A stretch of 64,000 nucleotides of DNA, taken from contig NC_047016.1 of NCBI RefSeq assembly GCF_902652985.1, positions 31,682,001 to 31,746,000 of the forward strand. Direction: 5' to 3'. This document shows, piece by piece, positions 12,901 through 24,900 of the stretch. The first letter of the stretch is position 1; each line of letters begins with the position of its first letter. Both the position numbers and the translations under genes were made by a program. The notes beneath the pieces were generated by a model. The model was not told the origin of the DNA. It made no database searches and saw only the letters and a program-made list of their open reading frames with translations. The stretch comes from Pecten maximus. Its lineage: Eukaryota.

Positions 12901-15900
12901 GACTGTCTATCTTTGTGGGGATACCTATTGGTACTCCATCCTGTTGATTGTCTATCTTTGTGGGGATACCTATTGGTACTCCATCCTGTTGACTGTATAT
13001 CTTTGTGGGGATACCTATTGGTACTCCATCCTGTTGACTGTCTATCTTTGTGGGGATACCTATTGTTACTCCATCCTGTTGACTGTCTATCTTTGTGGGG
13101 ATACCTATTGTTACTCCATCCTGTTGACTACCTATCTTTGTGGGGATACCTATTGTTACTCCATCCTGTTGACTGTATATCTTTGTGGGGATACCTATTG
13201 TTACTCCATCCTGTTGACTACCTATCTTTGTGGGGATACCTATTGTTACTCCATCCTGTTGACTGTCTATCTTTGTGGGGATACCTATTGTTACTCCATC
13301 CTGTTGACTGTCTATCTTTGTGGGGATACCTATTGTTACTCCATCCTGTTGACTGTCTATCTTTGTGGGGATACCTATTGTTACTCCATCCTGTTGACTA
13401 CCTATCTTTGTGGGGATACCTATTGTTACTCCATCCTGTTGACTGTCTATCTTTGTGGGGATACCTATTGGTACTCCATCCTGTTGACTGCCTATCTTTG
13501 TGGGGATACCTATTGTTACTCCATCCTGTTGACTGCCTAAAGGGCCTCAAGGCCAGCGTTTATATCCCTTCACATCAAACACTACTCCTGGAAGATATGT
13601 ACAAAATGTAGGAATGAAAAGGACCATAAAGAAGTATGCCTGCTGGTTAGAAGTGGAGGGGGTCAATGTTCGACAGTATAGAATTGAAAGCTTCTAGAAG
13701 TAAATAGACTTGAAGAGTAATGGCCATTATGGAAATAGCATTGTATACCATGTGGCAAAGAATGGTGTACTTGTTTTTAAATTGAATATCATATTGTACA
13801 GAACTTAGAATAAAAGTTATGTTTATAGATTTCAGACATAATATCCGGATGATAGAGAATATTCTAGATCTGCATTGCCTTGTCTTTATGGGAATTTCTT
13901 AAGTAAAAAGTTTAAAGTATATAATGTATTAATATAAATTAATAGACATGTTGTGTTTTCAGAGCCAAATCACATTAATGGATTTACCTGTGTTCAAGTC
14001 GATACTTCCAGATGTAAGTATATTTTCACTGCTTAGCAGCAACATATTAAAACGTACCAGTATAAAAATAAGTTAAATCTATACCAATTCAGTATTGGTG
14101 GGTACTCACTCTAAAATAATACAGCAGCTTTTGGATCAGTTCCTGTCAAGAGATTTTCTTTAAAAAATACGTTCTTTCACTCTGCAAAAAACTCATCTTA
14201 TGATTTCCTGATAAATTAGTTTTTGATTGTTGATAGAATATTTTCTTCTTTTATTTTAGGAATTAACATCATGTGCATGGACTACAAAAGAAAAACTCAT
14301 CAAGGCGCCAAATGTTGTGGCATTTACAAGGAGATTTAACCATGTAAGTATCTAAATTGCTGAAGTAAGCACACACCATCACACCTTGGCCATTTTGTTT
14401 TGGTTTGACTATAGTTGGACCAGAGTTGAATGACAGACCTAGTAATTTCTATGTTGTCAGATAAGTCTTCACATCAGCAGGTCTGTAAATATCTGTGTTT
14501 GCAATGTTATATTAAAAGAATAATGACAAACTGATTTGTCCATATAAACAAACATGTCCCATCCCTTTTACCTGTATAGTAATGCTGATTTACACAGACT
14601 GTATCTACTCCTATAGAACTGCTGTCAAGGGCAGTCATACATCAGACTTTCCACATCTGTTTATGTGACACTTTCTGTGATAGTTACAGAAACACCAGTG
14701 ATTTACTATATATATATATGTAACAGCTGAGCTTCCTAGTTCCACCAGTTGTAAAGGAAAACCCTTATTTTATATACTTATCACAAAATACTCTGTTGTA
14801 ATAGTTATTGTCATATGTAATGTAAATGGTAGATGCCTGAGTAAAACCAGAATATATTACTATAAGACCCTTAATAAGACTTTGAATTAAAAAAGATTGT
14901 TATAACCAAATTTCAGAAACATTTTATATAAAATAACATTGAACACACCCCTGTCTTAGCTCATTTATAACAGTGTGAAGTAAATAATAATCCACATTTG
15001 TATCTTAGACCATTCATAAATTTGCAACTTGTGACAATCCACTTAAACAAAATTATGCATCTTTGCCAGTTCATAATTCTGCAAAATAAATTACAATCCA
15101 CATTAGTATCCAAGCCCATTTCTAAATTCCACAGTAAATAATATTCTACACAGGTGTCTTGTGCCATTCATAACATTGCAGAGTAATCTATTTTTGCCCA
15201 TTCATTGAGCTACTCCTAAAAGATGACATAATTTTTCAAGCTTGCAATTGTCACCGAGTTTTCTTTGTGGACTAGATATTGAGGGTATAGATAGTGGGGA
15301 TATCAAGGGTATAGATATTGGGGACAACAAGATGAATGGGTTGTGTGATGTATAGCTTGTTTGTACAGGGAACTGAAGGCTGGGATGGTGTGTAACTGGA
15401 TACATGTTTACTAGACTAAAAACTGAGGCCAAGGAAGCTGTGAACTGGAAAATAAAGCCGGGTTTGGCTGTGTTTATGGCTGTGTTTATGTTTTGTCCAT
15501 GTTAGATTAGCTGTTATGAGGCATTGTCTGATTTAACACCTTCAGGACATTGTGTATTGATTTCTCGTTACAGGTGAATTTCTGGGTCCAACGTGAAATT
15601 CTAACCTGCCAGACATTAAAAACTAGGTCAGATGTATTAGCCCATTATATAAAAATTGCAAAGGTAAGATGACACTTACAGTGTCAATTTAAGTTATACC
15701 CTCTCTGTAATGAAAATCTCAAACTTTGCTGATATACAAAAACCAAACAGGAAAGAGATTTTTCCCTTGCGAATAAATGAATATATTTGCTTAAAAGTTT
15801 ATATTTTTTTTAATTCATTAATTAACTTACTCTTTATCATATAAAGATTTTATTTCAAAAGAAACTGTGAGAAATATATTAACACTTTCATTAACTGTTA

Positions 15901-18900
15901 GTACAATTTTGTCTTTTGTATTATGTTTCAGAAACTTTTAGATTTAAATAATTTACATGCGGTGATGGCGGTGCTGTCAGCACTACAAAGTGCAGCAATA
16001 TTTAGACTGTCCAAGACGTGGATGGTAAGTGACAAAGTGTAATTTGGTCTACAGAGGATTTCACAATTGTTTTGTCGTAAGGAAACACGGCCATCAAACT
16101 AGAGTTTACTCACATTTAGTGTCTGAGTCAAATTTTCTTATTTCATGAAGCAAATATTTAGAATTGTGGCATTAAGTACACAGTACGAAAGGAAAGCTTT
16201 ACTTGCGATCAATTTACTTGTAATCAGAAAATTCCAAGTTTTTAATGCTAAAGAAATACCTTGCTGATTTAAAAACATTGTGCATCAGTTCAAGGTATAC
16301 CCAGGTTGTTTACATACATGTACAGCTAGGTAACGATCCAAAGTTTGTAACCACTAATAGGTTTCTACAAGGTAATGAGATATATTGTATACAACTGATG
16401 GGATTTTGGCCTAAGGAAATAAGATAGCTTGAATCTGTAATAGACAGAGGGATTGCATTACAAACAGTGAGCCTTGATGGATAGAATTTCTGCTAGACTT
16501 CCATTAAGTTTGTAATTGGTCACTAGGTATGGAGAATGTTTGTGATTCTGATCATCTTACAGTAGACCACAAACTGCAATGACCTAAACCTCACCTCATT
16601 TCCATAATCAGGACTTTTTACGACCCTGAGAATTTAAAGTGTTTGGCGGTTATAGAATCTACTTGACATCTAGCAATACTGGGCTTCTTTTTTTTTTTAT
16701 TACCTTGATTGAGTTGATACTCAAGTGCAGTATTTTTAAGATGGTACATTCAGTTGTGTACATGCTCATTCGTTATTATCCAAAAGAAACTTTTGTAATG
16801 TATATCTTTTTTATCAGCTATTGTAGAAGTTTCAAGTTACTGCCCTCATAAACTTTGTTGAAAGTATGATCCTTTTGACTGAATGAAAAAATATATTGTT
16901 TTTCAGATGTTGTCTCGGCGAGACAAGTCCACATACGAGAAGATTGCAGATCTGTTTTCAGAGAACAGTAATCGACAGAAACTACGAGACTATATGGACA
17001 ATGTTAAACACCCTTGTGTTCCTTATCTAGGTCAGTACAGCGTAGAAGAATCTTACTTCTCTTATATTGACCTTTCGAAAGGCACTCTATCATATGAATA
17101 GCTTACAATTGGTGTCCCATTTGTTGTTCACTGAGGTAGTCACCAACTACTACAGGAAACTGACCTCAAGATGAATCTGGCTTATTATAGGGCAACTAAT
17201 CTTGAGGCTTTACTCAGAATTGCTCTGGATAGTATATGATTGGAATCCCAAATAGTGTTGAAAGAGGTAGCCACAAGCTACTACATGAAGACTAATGGGA
17301 AAATCATTTCTGATACAACAGGAGCAATATAGTTAGTGTATGAAGGGTTAATACTAAGCATCTTGTAAGGAATCTATTAATCTAACTGGCAGCTAGTGGA
17401 TAGTTTTCTGTCTATTAATTCCATGTCAATATTAATGAACTTGAGTGAACTTTTCCAGGAGAACTTTCATAAAAAAAACCCTCTTCAAAATCTTACCATT
17501 ATGATTCTGTTGATGACTATGTACCAATAATGATTGAACTTATTATTCTGCTAAATATTCATTCCCTACATGTATATTTCTATGTAAAGTTTATCACACA
17601 GTACTGTCTCCCACCACTACAAGTTTGTATCCTGCAGTAAAGGGGATTTCCCCTGATCGATTTAACATGCTGCAAACGGCTTTTTGTGAAATATGCCAGG
17701 AAGTTGTCCATAATTGAACGCATGTTAGAGCCAAGTTGTATCGTTTGATCATGTTAATACGACATGTGTGTTACATAACGTGTGTTGGTGCAGCCGTTAA
17801 GGCTCCAACACAACTTGTCAGATCGGTGTGCTTTTGATGAATTGATATTGATTATTCTTTAGCGAATGCAAACTCAGTTATGACATTTTCTGATTGCAAA
17901 CAATTCAAAGTACAACACCCTGGAATGAATATTTGATTGAAGTGAACAATTTAATTATTGTTACAACTTTCAATTTTTTTCTCTCTTGTCGCATCTTTAG
18001 GAAGAAAATCAATATAGTTTTTTTTCCACAACATTCCTGTCTGTTTCAAAATTCAAATACATTTAGTCTAATTAATACCACACATATTTTAAATACCAAT
18101 GCAGCTTTCCCTTATTTCATTATCCTGAGTAACTTAACAGTTTTGATTACAAGTTGTTTGACCAGGAGTAGCTGCTGTGAGTACAGTACATGTATACCGT
18201 ATTCATCCATAAATAGGCCCCTGCCCACAAAAAAGACCCCATTTTTGCAGAATCATCAATTCTAAAATTGTGAGCTAAAAGTGCTTCACAGATTAGCCCT
18301 GTCTTAACTTTTAACACTTTATTTTCACACTACTGAAGGGGCTTATTAGAGATAAAATTCGATGCCAAACTTTTGCATTAAGGGAGGGGCTTATTTGAGG
18401 ATAAATATGGTACTAAACTTTTACACTAAGTGTACGGTTGGGGGCTTATTTGAGGATAAGATGGTACTAAACTTTTTCACTAAGGTAGGGGCTTATTAGA
18501 GGATAAATACTGTATATAATAGGGAAGATAGAGTTAATGTATTTGTAATATAAATGTTTCTTATTGGAAGGTATTTATATTTTAGGTCTATACCTGACTG
18601 ACCTGATCTATATTGATGTCGCTCACCCCCACTCTGGTGGTCTGGAGAGTCACCCGCGGCGCATTCAGATGAACAACATCCTGCGTGTGATTGCAGATCT
18701 CCAACAGTCATCATATGGTAGGTCTGACACAATTGTAACGTCAAGCTTGTGAACTGAGGTATCAGGGTTTGAGTGAGGTTATATATTGTCTTGTGTAATT
18801 TAATAATATGGGCTACTTTTCTCCTCCTGGTTAAAAGAGTTGTGATAAAAACACCTGACAAAGTTCCATTATCATGGCTAGCATTATAAATGTTCTATGG

Positions 18901-21900
18901 CATTGTTAAACCTTGTGGGGTCATGTTTTTTAAGTCAGTGGTGATTCTGAATAAATTTATCATTATTAAGTTTTTTTTGCGTCCCCATTAGATCACTTAC
19001 CTGTGCTCGACCATGTCCAGAACTACCTGCGGTCCGTGAGGTACATCGAGGAGCTGCAGAAGTTTGTAGAGGATGACAATTACAAGTAAGTGAAGGACAG
19101 GTCAACTTCATTACATATCGCTATATTTACCATTGTATGGCACTGCCACTATATAACCCTACCAATTCAGTTGCGAGTTCACCAGCTTATGAACTGCCGA
19201 CTGAAATTTGAATTTGAAAATTTCCAAAAAAAATCGCACGACAAATAAAAAATCGCAGATGGTAAATATAAGCATTGAACGGCTTTCAACTGGACAGAGG
19301 CAAATTCAACATGAAGCGCTAGTGCGCTTCATGGAATTTGCCTCTGTCCAGTTGGCATTCATATTGACTATGAATGCCAACTGAAAGCCGTTCAATGCTT
19401 AAATATACAACAATATTTGTCATACCTAATCAAAGTCAATAATTATACACATTGTACTTAGTATCAATATACTTCTCCTGAATGAACTCTTGATTGAGTA
19501 TGTTTGTATGGGATTAATTTCAATAAACCATGTATTAAATGTTTCTTGTAGACTTTCTCTGAAGGTGGAGCCACCGATGTCAACCCTGTCCACATCCAAG
19601 GAGGATGTACAGATAATGGTGGCACCTCCTTCCCCAGCAACAGAACCACGCCACAGTAATCACTTGACTCCCAGTGCCACAGCTGCCACAACAAAACAAG
19701 TCCAGTGCCACAGGAAGACCAAAAGCTTAAGTGCCAAGTAGGTTTCCCTGTTCTTCATTTCATCCTACCTCCTAATCCTGTGGTCATATACACAAACAGT
19801 TCTCTTGACTGAATTAGAAAGATGAGATTTTCTCTACTTACAAGTGTATATTTTATGATTCTACAACTGAAAAGTATATAAAAACATAATCAGTACAACA
19901 CACCTACTTTAAAAATCAGACTATATAATTATGATATTTGTGGTGTAGTACTTGTAGATATATTCAGTGTTAATTTTTAGTACTTGTAGATATATTCAGT
20001 GTTACACCTGCTAATTAAGTTATCAGACGGCATCCGTTTAACATTTGTACTCATACTTAAGAGGAAATGTTTTATTTAGCTTCATGAGCAACGGGCAGCA
20101 GAAGCAGACAGCAGAAAAGACGTTCAGTCTGCCATCCAAGACAACAGCACCGTACATCCAGGGTATTCGCCACCTACTGGACGACAGTGTACTGGAGGAA
20201 TCGCCGTGTGCGTCCAGCGACGGGTCGATATGCGGCAAGTTCTCCACCACTACCAGTACGTCACACGCTTGCTTTACATATTGTCTCTCACAACTTGTCA
20301 CTCACCACTCATCCATCACAATATCATAAACCATATTTATTCTTCAATAAGCCCCCTCCTCAAGTATACGGTAAATGTTTAGTACCATATTTATCCTGAA
20401 ATAAGCCCCTTCCTCTAGTGTAAAAGTTAGTATTACAGGTTGGGGAGGGCTTATTTGTGAACCTCATTTTCTATTTCAAAATTAATTTGGTCAAAAGGGA
20501 GAAGGGGTTATTTGTGGATTGATATGGTATGTTAGACAGGACAGATAGAGCTGATGTGAACTAAAGGTTTAAAATATGCTAATGTTATCATCATTTTTGG
20601 TGGAAGTAGCAAATCATAAAGAAGAAAGGTCAGAGGTCATGTGAATATCTTTGACATGAAATCTTGAAGTAAATATATTTAGAAATTAATTTTATGAGTA
20701 CATGTAGATGGAAAAAGTTATATAGATTGAAGCATTATCAAAGGTGACGGAAGAACATTAATATTTCATTCATTATATTGTGAGTTAATTTATTAAACTA
20801 TGAATGGCAATAAAACAATTTATTTCAAGTTACCTTAATAAATGTTGTATAGATCTCCACGATTAAAAGGTCAATGAATTTCCTAAAAAACATAATCAAG
20901 AGGAAAAAATATTGTGTCTGAATTACTATGAAACTCATACTTTGTTCAAAATCATTGTGGAAATCTTATGATAGATTATGGCAAAAATAAGTATTTCTGA
21001 TTTCAGTGCATTTAAGAGATGTTCCCAGAAGTAAGGAATTCAATGTTTAATCTTAAAGTCATCCTTTTGATCAGCATGATCTCAAACTTATTACAATGAA
21101 TGTGTCTCTTAATGGCTACACTGTTACATTTACCCAACATCCCATAATATCTACACTTCTTCCCAACAACAGTATTAAACATCCTATTACACTACATGTA
21201 TATTGAAATGATGCTTAGGAATGGAGAAACTTATTTCTCTGAAACTAACTAAATTAAGACAAATCTTATTGTTAATCCAAAATCATTTCAAGATATGACT
21301 TCATCCTTTTTCTTTACAAAAAGTTCCTAACTTCAATCTCTCTTTCATCCTATCATGAATGCTTGGCATGTCTCAAGTTTTAGTTTTGTCTGAAATTTTG
21401 ATTAAAATTCAAGAGATTAAAACTAAGCACATGCCCTACCACCAGTTTAACGGAAATTCTCACCAGCCTGAGTTGGTACGGTGGCTGGTCTCTAGACTCT
21501 CACACATTTCATTTCCCGGTGTAACATGTATGCTGAAGGTTGATTTTGCATACACAACGCTTCTGTATTGGTGATTACTATGTTGATCAGTATACTTCAT
21601 GCTGCTTTTGAACACTTCACACAATTTTGCATATTGCTTTATTTTCAAATTGTCTTGCTTATACATGTATTTGCATAAGCTTGATCTGCCTATATACAAC
21701 ATTTATAAACGATGAAAAGATCAGATTTTGGTAAGGCTGTGATATAATATAGAGTGACATGATGTACTGTGCGTTAGTTATTTGTGCAGATTGAAATACC
21801 AAACTTACAGATTGTAGATAGAAATAGACGTAGTAGTAAAAGTCATCTGTCTATTTAAAGAAAAGAAAAAAGAGAAAAAAAAAACTGAACACAATGAATG

Positions 21901-24900
21901 AAGGTTTATGTTCATGTTCTGATAAAGGAATTAATTTTAAATTCACAGCTGAGGGATCAGAAGTATTTGACACAAATTCTGGTGATCAACCCGAGATGTT
22001 CTGGCCGGCCAGAAATCAGTAAGTAAACTGACCTGGTGTCTGTCCAATAAAAAGGCACTATAATGTTACATGCTATAAAAATAGTCTTAAATTGAATTGA
22101 TTTGAAAGAAAAACAGAGTATTTATATACATGGGCTTGATTTGTATGTTTATATGAAGTAGAAGATGCATTTGAATGTCTACAAGCATTACTTTATGCAT
22201 TAACCATTAAAATAATATAAAAATCATTTTAATTTCTATTAAAATTGAGAGAAATCATTAAAAACTGATATAAAAATATTTCTTCTGCCTTATGGAAAAA
22301 GAGTATAGGATAGTGTATAATTTGAAGTCTTAAGTATTTTACTGATATACTGCTTGTGTTACAGTATGACCTGGAGAGAGTCAGAAGACATACAGGAAAA
22401 TTTCCAGCAGAGCTTTACTTGTGAAGGGTGCTTACGGAGGAAAACAATTCTCAAAGAGGGAAAGAAACCTACAGTGAGTAATGGTGTAGGGGAGATAATT
22501 GGGGCTTTCAGTTTGTAAACATTTACAATAAAGTCTGGAAATTTGTATCATTGATAAACTGACCTGACAAAGAAAAGGGTGAAAAAAACCTAGAAAGTAA
22601 TAAAAAATAAATAAGAATAACCTGTATTTTATTATAGTGTTATTTTAAGAAATGATAAAATAGAGTTCAGATATGATACTTGTTACAGAGATATAATACC
22701 TGTTACAGAGATATAATACCTGTTACAGAGATATAATACCTGTTACAGAGATATAATACCTGTTACAGAGATATGATACCTGTTACAGAGATATAATACC
22801 TGTTACAGAGATATAATACCTGTTACAGAGACATGATACCTGTTACAGAGATATAATAGCTGTTACAGAGATATAATACCTGTTACAGAGATATGATACC
22901 TGTTACGGAGATATGATACCTGTTACGGAGATATGATACCTGTTACAGAGATATGATACCTGTTACAGAGATATAATACCTGTTACAGAGATATAATACC
23001 TGTTACAGAGATTGATACCTGTTACAGAGATATGTACTGTACAGGGATATGATACCTGTTACAGAGATATGATACCTGTTACAGAGATATGATACTGTAC
23101 AGGGATATGATACCTGTTACAGAGATATGATACTTGTTACAGAGATATGATACCTGTTATAGAGATATAATACCTGTTACAGAGATATGATACTGTACAG
23201 GGATATGATACCTGTTACAGAGATATAATACCTGTTACAGAGATATGATACCTGTTACAGAGATATAATACTTATTACAGAGATATAATACTTATTACAG
23301 AGATATAATACCTGTTACAGAGATATGATACTGTACAGGGATATAATACCTGTTACAGAGATATGATACTGTACAGAGATATAATACCTGTTACAGAGAT
23401 ATGATACCTGTTACAGAGATATGATACCTGTTACAGAGATATAATACCTGTTACAGAGATATAATACTGTACAGAGATATAATACCTGTTACAGAGATAT
23501 AATACCTTTTACAGAGATATAATACCTGTTACAGAGATATTATACCTGTTACAGAGATATAATACCTGTTACAGAGATATAATACCTGTTACAGAGATAT
23601 AGTACCTGTTACAGAGATATAATACCTGTTACAGAGATATGATACCTGTTACAGAGATATAATACCTGTTACAGAGATATAGTACCTGTTACAGAGATAT
23701 AATACCTGTTACAGAGATATAATACCTGTTACAGAGATATGATACCTGTTACAGAGATATAATACCTGTTACAGAGATATGATACCTGTTACAGAGATAT
23801 AATACCTGTTACAGAGATATAATACCTGTTACAGAGATATAATACCTGTTACAGAGATATAATACCTGTTACAGAGATATGATACCTGTTACAGAGATAT
23901 AATACCTGTTACAGAGATATGATACCTGTTACAGAGATATAATACCTGTTACAGAGATATGATACCTGTTACAGAGATATGATACTGTACAGAGATATAA
24001 TACCTGTTACAGAGATATGATACCTGTTACAGAGATATAATACCTGTTACAGAGATATGATACCTGTTACAGAGATATGATACCTGTTACAGAGATATGA
24101 TACCTGTTACAGAGATATGATACCGGTTACAGAGATATAATACCTGTTACAGAGATATGATACCTGTTACAGAGATATAATACCTGTTACAGAGATATGA
24201 TACCTGTTACAGAGATATGATACCTGTTACAGAGATATGATACCGGTTACAGAGATATAATACCTGTTACAGAGATATAATACTTGTTACAGAGATATAA
24301 TACCTGTAACAGAGATATGATACCTGTTACAGAGATATAATACCTGTTACAGAGATATAATACCGGTTACAGAGATATAATACCTGTTACAGAGATATAA
24401 TACCTGTTACAGAGATATGATACCGGTTACAGAGATATAATACCTGTTACAGAGATATGATACCGGTTACAGAGATATAATACCTGTTACAGAGATATGA
24501 TACCTGTTACAGAGATATGATACTGTACAGAGATATGATACCTGTTACAGAGATATAATACCTGTTACAGAGATATAATACTTATTACAGAGATATAATA
24601 CCTGTTACAGAGATATAATACCTGTTACAGAGATATAATACCTGTTACAGAGATATAATACTGTACAGAGATATAATACCTGTTACAGAGATATAATACC
24701 TGTTACAGAGATATGATACTGTACAGGGATATGATACCGGTTACAGAGATATAATACTTGTTACAGAGATATGATACCTGTTACAGAGATATGATACCGG
24801 TTACAGAGATATAATACTTGTTACAGAGATATGATACCTGTTACAGAGATATGATACCTGTTACAGAGATATGATACCTGTTACAGAGATATAATACCTG

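Noticed and set aside
12823-13611. 262-aa and 228-aa repeat ORFs
   Set aside because: They come from a 45-bp intronic minisatellite, have non-ATG starts, and are not needed for the RalGPS frame.
17642-17653. Perfect NF-kB-like site GGGGATTTCCCC
   Set aside because: A single intronic motif with no supporting context; cannot be distinguished from chance.
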